From positions 44,531 to 108,530 of the forward strand of contig CANQTX010000002.1 in assembly GCA_947626885.1 (NCBI GenBank): 64,000 nucleotides of DNA, read 5' to 3'. Below are positions 31,722 through 43,178 of this stretch, piece after piece (the first letter of the stretch is position 1; each line of letters opens with the position of its first letter). Under the pieces are notes generated by a model. That model was not told the DNA's origin. It was given only the letters and a program-made list of their open reading frames with translations, and ran no database searches. The position numbers and the translations under genes are program-made. The stretch comes from an uncultured Clostridia bacterium (GTDB lineage Bacteria; Bacillota; Clostridia; TANB77; CAG-508).

Positions 31722-31780
31722 AATTTTATCTCCTTTAAACTGTTTATAGTTTTTCCAATATCTTATGGATTATGCAATGA

Positions 31781-32566
31781 TTAAAAAATATTTTTTTTAT
31801 CTTTTTTGAATTTTGATATAACAATATCCCCAAAAATTTCTTTTTGTTCAACCACTATTTTATTTCTTCTACTAAGTTCCAAAACACCAGAAAAAGCTGT
31901 TACCACTTCTGCTTTTGGTCTTTCTTTTAATGAAAACAATTTATTAAATACAAATTTAGGTTTTCTTACTAATTCTTTAAAGATTTCTTTCACTTTATCT
32001 GAAACAGAATATGTTTCATGAATAGCAATTTTATTGATATTTTTTGCATTCTCATTTCTTTTATTTTCATTTTTTTCTATTAATTCTCTGTATCTTTGAA
32101 TGATATCTGTGGGGTTAAATGTTTTCTCCAAAACTGGTTTAGGAAGTTCTATTTTATCTGGTAATCTATATATTCTCTGAGAATATGTTTCGATTCTTTC
32201 TTTAAACCATTGACTAATTTCTTTATATTTTTTATACTCTATAATTCTGTATAATAATTCTTCCTCTGTCAGTTCTGCTTCATCTTCTACTTCTTTAGGC
32301 AATAAACCTCTTGATTTTATTAATAACAATGTGGAGGCCATTACTAAAAATTCACTAGCTATTTCTAAATGTAAATGCTCTTGTCCTTTTAGATAAGCAA
32401 TATATTGATCTGTGATATCAGATATGCTGACTTGATAAATGTCCATTTTATTTTTATCAATTAAATAACATAGCAAATCTAATGGACCTTCAAAATTATT
32501 TAATTGTAATGCATATTTTTTTGATTCTAAAGATATTAATTTATGATTCATTTTCAACCTCATCAA
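31781..32566 (-). CDS. scpA: segregation and condensation protein A
   Basis: LNNFEGPLDLLCYLIDKNKMDIYQVSISDITDQYIAYL N-terminal ScpA signature. Confidence 0.8.
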   Translation of the reverse strand: MMRLKMNHKLISLESKKYALQLNNFEGPLDLLCYLIDKNKMDIYQVSISDITDQYIAYLKGQEHLHLEIASEFLVMASTLLLIKSRGLLPKEVEDEAELTEEELLYRIIEYKKYKEISQWFKERIETYSQRIYRLPDKIELPKPVLEKTFNPTDIIQRYRELIEKNENKRNENAKNINKIAIHETYSVSDKVKEIFKELVRKPKFVFNKLFSLKERPKAEVVTAFSGVLELSRRNKIVVEQKEIFGDIVISKFKKDKKNIF

Positions 32567-33014
32567 AAGCTATATTAACTGTTTCAGATAAAAAACCTTT
32601 TTTATATAAACCATTTTTAATTTCTGCTATTTCATAATCATTCATCTTTTTCAGTATAAGTTTCTTTGCAGAATTTATTTCATATTGTAGCATCATTTCT
32701 TTATTTTGACTAATATAAGTATCTACTAAGTTTTTATCGATACCTTTTTGACAAATTTTATAAGATATTTCTTTTATGGATAGATTCTTTAAAGTCATGA
32801 ATTCTTTTATACTCTTTTCTATATATGCTTTATCATCTATATATCCAGCTTCTTTTAAATATGCTATGATATCTTCTAATAAGTTCTCATCTTCATTACA
32901 GAATTTCTGTCTTACCTCTTGTTCGCTTCTTTTTTTATATAAAATATATTTTACTATCTTACTTTTTAATTGATCAAATGTTTCGGCTTCTTCTAAATTT
33001 TCTATAAATTTCAT
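32541..33014 (-). CDS. recX: regulatory protein RecX
   Basis: 157 aa helical-repeat protein immediately downstream of recA. Confidence 0.65.
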   Translation of the reverse strand: MKFIENLEEAETFDQLKSKIVKYILYKKRSEQEVRQKFCNEDENLLEDIIAYLKEAGYIDDKAYIEKSIKEFMTLKNLSIKEISYKICQKGIDKNLVDTYISQNKEMMLQYEINSAKKLILKKMNDYEIAEIKNGLYKKGFLSETVNIAFDEVENES

Positions 33015-33031
33015 ATAATACTTCTTTCTAA

Positions 33032-34093
33032 TTATTCTTCTGCTGCTTCGTCTTCCTTAGCATGCATTTCGTCTTTATCTTCTACTAATGCATTTTCAAA
33101 AGCCTTATTAAAATTATCTCTAATTTTCTTATCTAATTCTGCCATCATTTTTGGATTCTCAGCTATATATTTTTTAACATTTTCTCTACCCTGTCCAATT
33201 CGCTCTCCTTGATAACTAAACCAAGAACCACTTTTTTCAATAATATTCAAGCTTACTGCTAAATCTAATAAACTACCTTCTTTTGAAATTCCTTTTCCAT
33301 ATACAATATCAAACTCAGCTTCTCTAAAAGGGGGAGCCACTTTATTTTTAACAACTTTTACTCTTGTTCTATTTCCTATAACTTCTCCATCTTGTTTTAT
33401 CATTTCAATTTTTCTAATATCCATTCTTACAGAAGCATAATACTTTAATGCTCTACCTCCAGCTGTTGTTTCAGGATTTCCAAACATAATGCCAACTTTT
33501 TCTCTTAATTGATTAATAAAGATAATGATAGCATTTGTTTTATTAATAGCACCTGCTAATTTTCTTAGCGCTTGTGACATTAACCTCGCTTGTAAACCAA
33601 TATGAGAATCTCCCATATCACCATCGATTTCAGCTTTTGGTACTAGCGCTGCTACGGAATCTACTACAATAATATCAATAGCACCACTTCTTATTAAAGC
33701 TTCCGCTATTTCCAATGCTTGTTCTCCTGTATCTGGTTGAGATACAATTAAGTTATCAACATCTACACCTATTTTTTTAGCGTATACTGGATCTAATGCA
33801 TGCTCAGCATCTATAAATGCTGCTTCTCCGCCAGCTTTTTGTGCTTCTGCCACAGCATGTAAGGCTAGCGTTGTTTTACCAGATGACTCTGGCCCATATA
33901 TTTCTACAATTCTCCCTTTTGGTATACCACCAATACCTAATGCAATATCTAAACTTAAAGCACCTGTTGAAATGGCTTCTACATTCATAGATTTATAATC
34001 CCCTAATTTCATAACAGATCCTTTACCAAATTGCTTTTCTATTTGATTCATTGCTGCATCAATTGCTTTTCTTTTTTCTGAATTGTTTTCCAT
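33032..34093 (-). CDS. recA: recombinase RecA
   Basis: GPESSGKTT Walker [12 protein letters not shown], canonical RecA throughout. Confidence 0.97.
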   Translation of the reverse strand: MENNSEKRKAIDAAMNQIEKQFGKGSVMKLGDYKSMNVEAISTGALSLDIALGIGGIPKGRIVEIYGPESSGKTTLALHAVAEAQKAGGEAAFIDAEHALDPVYAKKIGVDVDNLIVSQPDTGEQALEIAEALIRSGAIDIIVVDSVAALVPKAEIDGDMGDSHIGLQARLMSQALRKLAGAINKTNAIIIFINQLREKVGIMFGNPETTAGGRALKYYASVRMDIRKIEMIKQDGEVIGNRTRVKVVKNKVAPPFREAEFDIVYGKGISKEGSLLDLAVSLNIIEKSGSWFSYQGERIGQGRENVKKYIAENPKMMAELDKKIRDNFNKAFENALVEDKDEMHAKEDEAAEE

Positions 34094-34220
34094 TTTTTCC
34101 TCCTTAACAAATGTTTGTTTGTAAAACTTATGTTCTTATTATATCTTAAATTTATTTTTTGTCAATACTTTTTATTAAATTTTAAAACTATTCTAAACAA
34201 ATCCTCTGGTAACTTTATAT

Positions 34221-35873
34221 TTATTGTCTATACCATTTTTCAATATTATGGTATACATTAAAAATATTTGGTGTAATATTTCCTACTAATCCTTGATTAT
34301 AAATCACCATTGCTGTATTTCTATATAATCCTATATACGGTGCCTCTTCTAAATAGATATCATATAGACGATTATAACTTTGATATAGAGTATCTTCATC
34401 TGTTGAATGTGTAACGACTCTTAGAATTTCTAAAACTTCTTCGTTATAATAATTGGCAATATTTCCTTCACCAAAAAAAGTACTTAAATCTGGTGAAAAA
34501 CCTGTTTCTATACCTGTTAATATACAATCATATTCTCTATTATTTAATGTTGCAAGATAGTTTTCATAAGATAACTGTTTCACATTTACTTGTACACCAA
34601 AATTCTCTAGTTCTGTTTTAATACTTTCAGCAACAGCCATTCTACTTTCATTATTTCCATTGACAGTTAATGTGAAAGCTAATTTTAGATTTCTTCCATT
34701 TATCCTTTTCTGCCAAATATTATTGGTACGTGTCCATCCATTATCTAAAAGAATTTGTGTTGCTTGTTCTTTATCTACTGCTACATTTAAGTCTTTTGTA
34801 TATAACCAATTTCCTATATCCAAACTAAAATTACTTGCAACATATCCCTTTCCTAAACAATTTACTACTAAGGCATTTTTATCAATGGCTAAACTTAAGG
34901 CTTTTCTTACAGCGCTATCTATGAAAATTGGATTTTCTGTATTAAATGCTAGAAAATCATAATCTCTATATTTGTATTCAATTTTATTATATCCTAATGT
35001 TCCTATATATTCTTCAATATTTGCGTTTTTTACAGTTACAATATCTATATCTCCACTTTTAAATGCATTATAAACTTCCCCAATAGAATTATATAGATTG
35101 ATTATTACTTGTGTTGCCATGGGATTTTTAGAAGTATCCCAGTATTGCTCATTTCTCTCTAATTTGATTATGTTACTAGACATTTCTGCAATACGAAACA
35201 TCCCCGTACCAATTGGCGTTTTTTCACTTGTAGCAAAATTTTCACCCTCATAATATGATTGACAAACAATAGGAAAAGTTAAATAATATTCAAAAAATGG
35301 TACTGGTTGTGCTAAGCCAATTCTTATGGTTGTACTATCTATTTCTTCTATTTCTGTAACATATTTTAAGTTTTCAGAATAGATTGTAGAAATTTCATGA
35401 TTAAGAATGGTTTCTATTGTAAATATAACATCATCAGCAGTAAACTTTGTTCCATCTTGCCACAAAATCCCTTCTCTTAACTTAATAACATAATTATAAT
35501 CATCCGTTTTGGCAATTTCCTTTGCTAAGCAATATTGTAATTTACAATTTTCATTTAATGTCACTAAAGGTTCAAAAATAATTTTTGTTATTTCTTGAAC
35601 ATTTCTATTATGGCTTAAGATAGGATTCATCGTATCCAATTCTGCAATAGCCAATCTTAAATCTGTTTGTATTGTATTAACAGTAGAAGTTTGATCTAAA
35701 GATGTATTATTATCATCAGAATGATTATTTAATAAAATATAAGCTGTATATCCAATTAAAAACACGACAACAGCCGCAAATATATATTTAAAAACATTAT
35801 TGTTATCCATCTTTTTACCTCGTATAATGTAAATATACCTATTATACGAATTTCTCCTTTCTTTTCTTAACAA
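34221..35873 (-). CDS. ABC transporter substrate-binding protein, family 5 (peptide/nickel type), orphan
   Basis: 550 aa with N-terminal TM/signal anchor and SBP_bac_5-like body; no adjacent permease/ATPase genes. Confidence 0.7.
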   Translation of the reverse strand: MLRKERRNSYNRYIYIIRGKKMDNNNVFKYIFAAVVVFLIGYTAYILLNNHSDDNNTSLDQTSTVNTIQTDLRLAIAELDTMNPILSHNRNVQEITKIIFEPLVTLNENCKLQYCLAKEIAKTDDYNYVIKLREGILWQDGTKFTADDVIFTIETILNHEISTIYSENLKYVTEIEEIDSTTIRIGLAQPVPFFEYYLTFPIVCQSYYEGENFATSEKTPIGTGMFRIAEMSSNIIKLERNEQYWDTSKNPMATQVIINLYNSIGEVYNAFKSGDIDIVTVKNANIEEYIGTLGYNKIEYKYRDYDFLAFNTENPIFIDSAVRKALSLAIDKNALVVNCLGKGYVASNFSLDIGNWLYTKDLNVAVDKEQATQILLDNGWTRTNNIWQKRINGRNLKLAFTLTVNGNNESRMAVAESIKTELENFGVQVNVKQLSYENYLATLNNREYDCILTGIETGFSPDLSTFFGEGNIANYYNEEVLEILRVVTHSTDEDTLYQSYNRLYDIYLEEAPYIGLYRNTAMVIYNQGLVGNITPNIFNVYHNIEKWYRQ

Positions 35874-36317
35874 TAATATATTATTTTTTCGAAATTTTCA
35901 ATATAAAAATTAAATTTCTATTTCTTCTATAATCTTTAAATACGATATTGTATTTAAAGATTGAAATTATTCTTTTCTTTTTGTTAATATTATATTAATT
36001 TTTATTTTGGATTTCAATATTTATTTTTTAATTTAATATTTGATTGTTTTGGTTGAATCACCTTCAGAATACAATAAACTTCTATAAAAATATTTATGAT
36101 TATATAAATGATTGCTATAATGCTAGCACGATTTATAAAAAATGTCAATCATTTTTGTATGATTTATAGGATTTATTTTATAATCATTCTTGATTATATG
36201 TAAAAAATACGCTAATAAAATTATAATTATAATTCAAAAAGAGTTTACAATTATTTATCCAAAATTATAAACTCTTACTTTAGCTTAAATTCATTTTTAC
36301 TTTACTATAAATCCATT

Positions 36318-36567
36318 TTATTGTAACTGACTCAAAGTATATTCTGAAAGATTTGGTAATTTAATTTCATCGTCAGTAACATTATCTACTTCTGTTTTAA
36401 TTATAATAGTATTTCCATTATCATTTGTTGTCTTTACTAAATAACCGCTATCTTTACTAACCCAAAATTCTTTATTATTATCTTTTTACTAAAACCTCTT
36501 TATTGGGCAAGGCGTAAGTTTGCGCTGCCATTTCCGAAAAAAGAACAACTACATCGTAGTTGCTCAT
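36318..36567 (-). other. cryptic small ORF (~83 codons) downstream of spoVS, split by a 1-nt frameshift in an A5 run
   Basis: AGGAGATATAAA RBS then ATG at 36565-36567: MSNYDVVVLFSEMAAQTYALPNKEVLVKR*; shifting one A gives continuation ...KDNNKEFWVSKDSGYLVKTTNDNGNTIIIKTEVDNVTDDEIKLPNLSEYTLSQLQ*. Confidence 0.3.
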
Positions 36568-36586
36568 TTTATATCTCCTAAAATAT

Positions 36587-36850
36587 CTATTTTCTTGATT
36601 CTATAATCAATTTAATTCCCGTTCTATCTTCTCCTTCCACTTGAACTTCCGCAAATGCTGGTATACATACTAAATCCACTCCAGCTGGTGCTACAAATCC
36701 TCTTGCTATAGCAACTGCTTTTATGGCTTGATTTAAAGCTCCTGCTCCTATTGCTTGCATTTCTGCCCTAGTACTTTCTTTAACCAATCCTGCTATTGCT
36801 CCTGCAACTGAATTTGGGTTTGACTTTGATGAAATTTTTAAAACTTCCAT
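36587..36850 (-). CDS. spoVS: stage V sporulation protein S
   Basis: MEVLKISSKSNPNSVAGAIAGLV...AIGAGALNQAIKAVAIARGF, highly conserved SpoVS. Confidence 0.92.
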   Translation of the reverse strand: MEVLKISSKSNPNSVAGAIAGLVKESTRAEMQAIGAGALNQAIKAVAIARGFVAPAGVDLVCIPAFAEVQVEGEDRTGIKLIIESRK

Positions 36851-36963
36851 TTTTCTTCCTCCTATTATTTTTATTTTATCTTGTGTTTCGATGAAAGTAT
36901 TTTATAACTTTTTATTAATAAAGTCTATATATTTTCAAAAAGTTTTCCCAGTTTTGAGCGTGC

Positions 36964-37056
36964 TTTTTCGACACGGGCACAGAGGATTAGAAGGATTTTG
37001 TCATATTTTGTCATTTCATTTGTTTGTCAAAAAAGTTATTGTCGAAATATGTCAAT
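36964..37056. promoter_or_regulatory. array of Spo0A-box-like heptamers (TGTCGAA and variants) upstream of spoVS
   Basis: TTCGACA 36967-36973 (TGTCGAA on minus), TGTCATA 36999-37005, TGTCATT 37009-37015, TGTCAA 37026-37031, TGTCGAA 37040-37046, TGTCAAT 37050-37056; spacings of ~10 bp. Confidence 0.45.
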
Positions 37057-37068
37057 TTCTTATAAATA

Positions 37069-37863
37069 TTAAGCATTTATCCTTGTAATTTTAAATACTT
37101 GATTCGTTTTATCATCTATCTCAAACATGCAACTATTAAATTTTGCCTTTCCTCCTGCAATTTTATACCTTTCAGGAAGTGCAGTTTCAAATCTTTTAAT
37201 AGAAACATCTACATCCATTCCAATAACAGACTTTTTCGGTCCAGTCATTCCAATATCTGTTATATAAGCAGTTCCTTTATCTAAAATTTCTTCATCTGCA
37301 GTTTGTACATGCGTATGTGTACCAAACACAATCGTTGCTTCTCCATCTAAGTAATACCCCAATGCTATTCTTTCTGCAGTTGCCTCTGCATGAAAATCTA
37401 CTACAATAATATCTGTTTCATTTCTAATACGCTTAATAATTTCTTTTGCTTTTAAAAAAGGATTTTCAGAGAGAATCGACATATACGTTCTTCCAATTAA
37501 ATTAATTACACCTATCCTTTTTCCCTTACATTCATAAATATCATACCCTCTTCCTGGATTATTATCGGGATAATTTGCTGGTCGTATTATTTGTTTATCA
37601 TTAATAAAATTAAATATTTCTTTTTTTGCCCAAGTATGGTTGCCCATGGTAACAACATTAACATTTAATCGTAAAATATCTCTATACATATTTTCTGTAA
37701 TTCCCATTCCCTCTGCTGCATTCTCTCCGTTAACGATAATAAAATCTATATCATTTTCTTTTACTACTCCTGGTAAGGTTTCTTTTAACTTTTGAAGTCC
37801 TATTTTTCCAACAATATCACCAATCGCCAAAATTTTCATTTTAAACTCCTTTTTTATTCCCAT
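37069..37863 (-). CDS. ymdB: YmdB-like metallophosphoesterase (TIGR00282 family)
   Basis: [17 protein letters not shown]-terminus (likely true start at the internal M), [18 protein letters not shown] motifs. Confidence 0.85.
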   Translation of the reverse strand: MGIKKEFKMKILAIGDIVGKIGLQKLKETLPGVVKENDIDFIIVNGENAAEGMGITENMYRDILRLNVNVVTMGNHTWAKKEIFNFINDKQIIRPANYPDNNPGRGYDIYECKGKRIGVINLIGRTYMSILSENPFLKAKEIIKRIRNETDIIVVDFHAEATAERIALGYYLDGEATIVFGTHTHVQTADEEILDKGTAYITDIGMTGPKKSVIGMDVDVSIKRFETALPERYKIAGGKAKFNSCMFEIDDKTNQVFKITRINA

Positions 37864-39392
37864 TCTATCGTTGCTGGTGGCTTGCCTGTAATATCATAAA
37901 CCACTCTATTAACATGTTTTACTTCGTTAACAATTCTTTCAGAAACTTTGCCTAATATTTCAAAAGGAATTCTGCTCCAATTAGCTGTCATAAAATCAGA
38001 AGTGGTAACTGCTCTTAATGCTATTGTATAATCATAGGTTCTTTCATCTCCCATAACACCAACACTTTTTACATTTGTTAAGACAGCAAAATATTGATTA
38101 ATTACTTGGTCTAATTTTGCTTTTACTATTTCTTCTCTAAATATAGCATCAGCTTCTTTTAAAATTGTCAGTTTATTATCTGTAATATCTCCAATCACTC
38201 GAATAGCTAATCCTGGACCAGGAAATGGTTGGCGATATACTAAATATTCTGGAAGTCCTAACGCTAGACCAACTTTTCTGACTTCATCTTTAAATAAGTC
38301 TCTTAATGGTTCTATAATTTCTTTAAAATCAACATAATCTGGTAATCCTCCCACATTATGATGACTCTTAATTGTTGCTCCTACACCCACACCACTTTCT
38401 ATAACATCTGGATATATCGTTCCCTGTACTAAATAATCTACAGTTCCTATTTTTTTTGCTTCTTCCTCAAATACTCGAATAAATTCTTCGCCAATTATTT
38501 TTCTTTTTTGCTCTGGATCAGAAATACCTGCTAATTTTTCTAAAAATCGATTTTTAGCATCCACTTTTATAAAATTAACATCATCATTATTTCCAAATAC
38601 TGCTTCTACTTCTTCTGCTTCATTTTTCCTTAAAAGACCATGATCAACAAAAATACAAGTAAGATTTTTTCCAATTGCTTTACGCATTAATGTTGCTGCT
38701 ACAGAAGAATCTACACCTCCTGATAAAGCACATAATGCTTTTTTATTGCCTACTTTTTCTTGAATTGCTTTTATTGTTTCTTCTGCAAATGCACTCATTT
38801 TCCATGTTCCAGAGCATCCACATACATCATATATAAAATTCTTTAATACTTGAGTTCCATTCTCTGAATGATTCACTTCTGGATGAAACTGAATACCATA
38901 AAAATTCTTCTCCAAGTTTTGCATGGCTGCATTAGGACAATGAGAAGTTTTTCCAATATTTTCAAATCCTTTTGGTAATTTTGCTACAAAATCTGTATGG
39001 CTCATTAAAAATCGATTCATAGATCCTAAATGATTAAATAATTTTGATGAATTTTCAATGGAAACGTCCGTAACACCATATTCCCTTTTATCTGCTTTTT
39101 GTACTTGTCCTCCTAACATATGTGTCATAAGTTGCATACCATAACAAATTCCTAAAATAGGAATACCTAGCGAAAATATTTCTTTGTCACACTTTGGTGC
39201 ATTTTCTGCATAAACACTTGCTGGACCACCAGTAAAAATAATTCCTTTTGGATTTTTTTCCTTTATTTTTTCTATAGGAGTAGAAAAAGGTACAATTTCT
39301 GAATACACATTGCATTCTCTAATTCTTCTGGCTATTAATTGATTATATTGTCCATAAAAATCTAAAATTAAAATCATTTCTTCATTCTTCAT
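37854..39392 (-). CDS. guaA: GMP synthase (glutamine-hydrolysing)
   Basis: GATase class I (GICYGMQL) plus ATP-pyrophosphatase SGGVDSSV motif and GMP synthase C-terminal domain. Confidence 0.95.
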   Translation of the reverse strand: MKNEEMILILDFYGQYNQLIARRIRECNVYSEIVPFSTPIEKIKEKNPKGIIFTGGPASVYAENAPKCDKEIFSLGIPILGICYGMQLMTHMLGGQVQKADKREYGVTDVSIENSSKLFNHLGSMNRFLMSHTDFVAKLPKGFENIGKTSHCPNAAMQNLEKNFYGIQFHPEVNHSENGTQVLKNFIYDVCGCSGTWKMSAFAEETIKAIQEKVGNKKALCALSGGVDSSVAATLMRKAIGKNLTCIFVDHGLLRKNEAEEVEAVFGNNDDVNFIKVDAKNRFLEKLAGISDPEQKRKIIGEEFIRVFEEEAKKIGTVDYLVQGTIYPDVIESGVGVGATIKSHHNVGGLPDYVDFKEIIEPLRDLFKDEVRKVGLALGLPEYLVYRQPFPGPGLAIRVIGDITDNKLTILKEADAIFREEIVKAKLDQVINQYFAVLTNVKSVGVMGDERTYDYTIALRAVTTSDFMTANWSRIPFEILGKVSERIVNEVKHVNRVVYDITGKPPATIEWE

Positions 39393-39437
39393 AATTCATT
39401 CCTCATTTTTTAACTTCTTTCATTGTATTAGAATTGT

Positions 39438-40946
39438 CTAATGGGTTGTTTCTACTTCTTTCAAGGTAACATCATGAGCGCCACCTTCTTTAATACTTAC
39501 ACTAGATACCATTGTTAATCTAGCTTTTTTATGTAGTTCTGGTATTGTAATAGATCCACAATTACACATAGTTGATTTGATTTTACTAATTGTTATTTCT
39601 AGATTATCTTTTAAAGGTCCTGCATAAGGAATATATGAATCAACACCTTCTTCAAATGTTAATTTATTTTTTGCTACACCGCCTAAATCATATCTTTGCC
39701 AATTTCTAGCTCTATTTGAACCTTCTCCCCAATATTCTTTTACAAAAGAACCATTAATTTTTAATTTTCTAGTAGGACTTTCATCAAATCGAGCAAAATA
39801 TCTTCCCATCATAACAAAATCTGCTCCCATTGCTAATGCCAAGGTAATATGATGATCATGTACAATGCCACCATCGGAACATACTGGTATATAAATACCT
39901 GTTCTTTCAAAATATTCGTCTCTTGCTGCAACAACATCCATTAAAGCGGTAGCTTGTCCACGTCCTATTCCTTTTGTTTCACGTGTAATACAAATAGATC
40001 CTCCGCCAACACCAACTTTAATAAAATCTGCACCAGCTTCAGCTAAGTAATAAAATCCTTCTTTATCAACAACATTACCGGCCCCTACTTTTACAGTATC
40101 TCCATAATTTGCTCGTATCCAATCAATAGTATTTTTTTGCCATACAGAATAGCCATCAGATGAATCCATACAAACCATATCTACGCCAGCTTCTATTAAT
40201 GCTGGAATTCTTTCTTGATAATCCCTAGTATTGATACCTGCTCCTACAATAAATCTTTTGTTTTCATCTAACAAAGAATTTGGATTCTCTTTATCTGATT
40301 CATAATCTTTTCTAAAAACTAAACTGTCTAAATGATCATTTTCATCTAGTATTGGTAAACAACTTATTTTATTATCCCAAATCATATCATTAGCATCATG
40401 TAATGTGATTCCTTTTCTTGCAAATACAACATTGTCTTTTGAGACCATGTATTCTTCTACTGTTGAATTCATAGAAGCTCTCGAAATTCTAAAATCTTTA
40501 TCGGTTACTAACCCTAAAAATTTTCCTTTCGGTGTCCCATCATCTGTTACCATAACTGTTGAATGACCTGTTTGTTCAATTAGATCTAATAATTCTTTGA
40601 TTGTTGTTGTATTAGTAACATTAGAATCACTAATAATAAAACCTGCCTTATATTTTTTGACATGTCTTACCATTTTTGCTTGAGATTCAATTGATTGAGC
40701 TCCATAAATAAAAGAGCACCCTCCTTCTCTTGCCAATGCAATTGCCATTCTTTCTCCGGAAACAGATTGCATAATTGCAGATACAAATGGAATATTCGCA
40801 CTATATTTCGGTTCTTCCCCTTTCTTATATTTCACAAGTGGTGTTTTTAAACTAACATTCTCTGGTATACATCTTTCATCTGTTAAATTGGGTAATAAAA
40901 GAAATTCGTTAAATGTTCTTGATACATCTGGTAATATCTCTGCCAT
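39438..40946 (-). CDS. guaB: IMP dehydrogenase family protein
   Basis: TIM-barrel IMPDH motifs incl. catalytic loop [12 protein letters not shown] and CBS-like insert; 502 aa; adjacent to guaA. Confidence 0.75.
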   Translation of the reverse strand: MAEILPDVSRTFNEFLLLPNLTDERCIPENVSLKTPLVKYKKGEEPKYSANIPFVSAIMQSVSGERMAIALAREGGCSFIYGAQSIESQAKMVRHVKKYKAGFIISDSNVTNTTTIKELLDLIEQTGHSTVMVTDDGTPKGKFLGLVTDKDFRISRASMNSTVEEYMVSKDNVVFARKGITLHDANDMIWDNKISCLPILDENDHLDSLVFRKDYESDKENPNSLLDENKRFIVGAGINTRDYQERIPALIEAGVDMVCMDSSDGYSVWQKNTIDWIRANYGDTVKVGAGNVVDKEGFYYLAEAGADFIKVGVGGGSICITRETKGIGRGQATALMDVVAARDEYFERTGIYIPVCSDGGIVHDHHITLALAMGADFVMMGRYFARFDESPTRKLKINGSFVKEYWGEGSNRARNWQRYDLGGVAKNKLTFEEGVDSYIPYAGPLKDNLEITISKIKSTMCNCGSITIPELHKKARLTMVSSVSIKEGGAHDVTLKEVETTH

Positions 40947-41054
40947 TTTAAAAGTCCCTCCTCTTATTTTATTATATTTTATTATTATATCTTAGATTTA
41001 CATAAAAAGCAACCTTTTCACTCTGTATTTTTTTAGTAGTTTGCTAATAAAACT

Positions 41055-42299
41055 TTATTTCATATTTTTTATTCTTTGCATCGCTTCCATTGTATTTTCT
41101 TTTGTACCAAAAGAAGTTAGTCTAAAATATCCTTCACCACTTGGACCAAATCCTACACCTGGTGTTCCTACAACATTTGCTTTTTCTAGTAAAATATCAA
41201 AAAACTCCCAAGATGTAACACCATTTGGTACTTTAAGCCATATGTATGGTGCATTAATACCGCCATATACTGTATATCCTGCACTTTGTAATCCTTCTCT
41301 AATCAGACAAGCATTATTCATATAATATGCGATATTTTCTTTGATTTGTTTTTGTCCTTCTGCAGAGTATACTGCTTCAGCTGCTCGTTGCACTGGATAA
41401 GATACCCCATTAAATTTTGTTCCATGTCTTCTGTTCCATAATCCGTTAAGTGCTATTTCCTTACCATCTTTTGTATATCCTTTTAATTCCTTCGGTACAA
41501 CAGTATATGCACATCTTAGACCTGTAAATCCTGCTGTCTTTGAGAAGCTTCTAAACTCAATAGCAACTTCTTTTGCTCCTTCAATCTCATATATTGTATG
41601 AGGAACATTATCTTCAGAAATATAAGCTTCATATGCAGAATCAAATAAAATTAAAGCATGATTTTTTCTTGCATAATCTACCCATTTTTTTAGGATCTCT
41701 TTTGAAAGTGTCGTTCCTGTTGGATTATTAGGAAAACATAGATAAATCATATCGGGCACTTTCTTAGGAAAATCGGGTATAAAATGATTTTCTGCTGTTG
41801 CTGGCAAATAAATCATTTTCCTATATTTGCCACTAATCGCATCATAGGTGCCACTTCTTCCTGCCATTACATTTGTATCCAAATATACAGGATACACAGG
41901 ATCTGTAATAGCAACTACATTATCTAACCCTAAAATATCACCAATATTACCACAATCACATTTAGCACCATCTGATACAAATATTTCATCTAGTTGAATG
42001 GTAACACCTCTTTTAGCATAATCGTATTGAGCAATTTTTTCTCTTAAAAATTCATATCCTTGTTCTAGTCCATAGCCTCGAAAAGTTTCTTCTTTTCCTA
42101 ATTCGTCTACAGCTTTGTGCATTGCTTCTAAAACTGCTGGAACAATTGGTCTTGTTACATCTCCTATTCCTAGTTTTATGATTTTTTTATCTGGATATTT
42201 TTCTTGAAATGCCTGAACTTTTTGGGCTATTGTTGAAAATAAATAGCTATCTTGTAATTCTAAAAAATTCTCATTAATGGTAATCATATTTCCCTCCAT
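41055..42299 (-). CDS. dapL: LL-diaminopimelate aminotransferase
   Basis: [25 protein letters not shown]-terminus and PLP aminotransferase class I body ([12 protein letters not shown]) typical of DapL. Confidence 0.8.
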   Translation of the reverse strand: MEGNMITINENFLELQDSYLFSTIAQKVQAFQEKYPDKKIIKLGIGDVTRPIVPAVLEAMHKAVDELGKEETFRGYGLEQGYEFLREKIAQYDYAKRGVTIQLDEIFVSDGAKCDCGNIGDILGLDNVVAITDPVYPVYLDTNVMAGRSGTYDAISGKYRKMIYLPATAENHFIPDFPKKVPDMIYLCFPNNPTGTTLSKEILKKWVDYARKNHALILFDSAYEAYISEDNVPHTIYEIEGAKEVAIEFRSFSKTAGFTGLRCAYTVVPKELKGYTKDGKEIALNGLWNRRHGTKFNGVSYPVQRAAEAVYSAEGQKQIKENIAYYMNNACLIREGLQSAGYTVYGGINAPYIWLKVPNGVTSWEFFDILLEKANVVGTPGVGFGPSGEGYFRLTSFGTKENTMEAMQRIKNMK

Positions 42300-42432
42300 A
42301 TGACTATTATATGATTCAATAAAAAATAAATTATTATTTTTTATTTGTTATATCATTATCTCTTCATTTTTTCAATCTTTTTATTCATAATTTATAACAA
42401 TATGCTTGATTATACATATGAAATATCATTTT

Positions 42433-43119
42433 TTAAAAATTTAAATATTTATATTTTTGTATTTGATTATATAGTGCTTTGTCCTTATTATAATAAAAAG
42501 CCCATTCTTTATCTCCATATGAAAAGTGCCACCATTCTCCATCGTATGGTGCAAAATTCTCTTCAAGCATTAACTTTCTTAATAATTCTCTGTTTTTTAT
42601 TGCATCTTCATTTATATTTTCATTTTTATAATAACATTTACTTGAAGTATAATCCAAAATTTCTGTTCCAAAATCTAATATACTTTTTGAAACATCATTA
42701 TATATAGCTACATCTATAGCTCCTCCTGTTGGATGTCCGGCAACGGTTGGTACAGCAATTTTCTCATGGATATATTCATATAAATCCATTTCATCTTTAA
42801 ATTCATTTTTTATGTTTCTTAAAATATCATTAAAATACATTTCTTGTTTTTTCATTTCTCTAAAACCATATACAACCAATATTTTATATGATTTATTAAT
42901 AATTTTTAATTTTTGAGATACCTTAATTAATTTATTATATACTGTTTTTCTAACAGGTATTTGCTTACCATATTCTAACATATCCATTCCCTTTTTATAC
43001 TTTCCAAAAACATACTCATCTTCTAATGGTATTAATACAAATTTTTCTTTATTTGTTTCTATATCATAATCACTTATTGTTAGTAAATCCCTGTATTTCA
43101 CAAAATTATTATTTGGCAT
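42433..43119 (-). CDS. M15 family D-alanyl-D-alanine dipeptidase (VanX/DdpX-like)
   Basis: AGHPTGGAIDVAIY (SxHxxGxAxD zinc site) and EWWHFSY (VanX EWWHF motif). Confidence 0.65.
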   Translation of the reverse strand: MPNNNFVKYRDLLTISDYDIETNKEKFVLIPLEDEYVFGKYKKGMDMLEYGKQIPVRKTVYNKLIKVSQKLKIINKSYKILVVYGFREMKKQEMYFNDILRNIKNEFKDEMDLYEYIHEKIAVPTVAGHPTGGAIDVAIYNDVSKSILDFGTEILDYTSSKCYYKNENINEDAIKNRELLRKLMLEENFAPYDGEWWHFSYGDKEWAFYYNKDKALYNQIQKYKYLNF

Positions 43120-43178
43120 TTTTCCTCCTCATATAATGAACATATATTTTATTTATATAGTTAATTTTAAGATTTAAT

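Noticed and set aside
36891-37088. 65-aa plus-strand ORF in the spoVS upstream region
   Set aside because: It overlaps the 0A-box regulatory array and the end of the ymdB-like gene. It has no RBS and an implausible sequence. The region is better explained as the spoVS promoter.
41041-41325. 94-aa plus-strand ORF
   Set aside because: It is a shadow ORF inside dapL.
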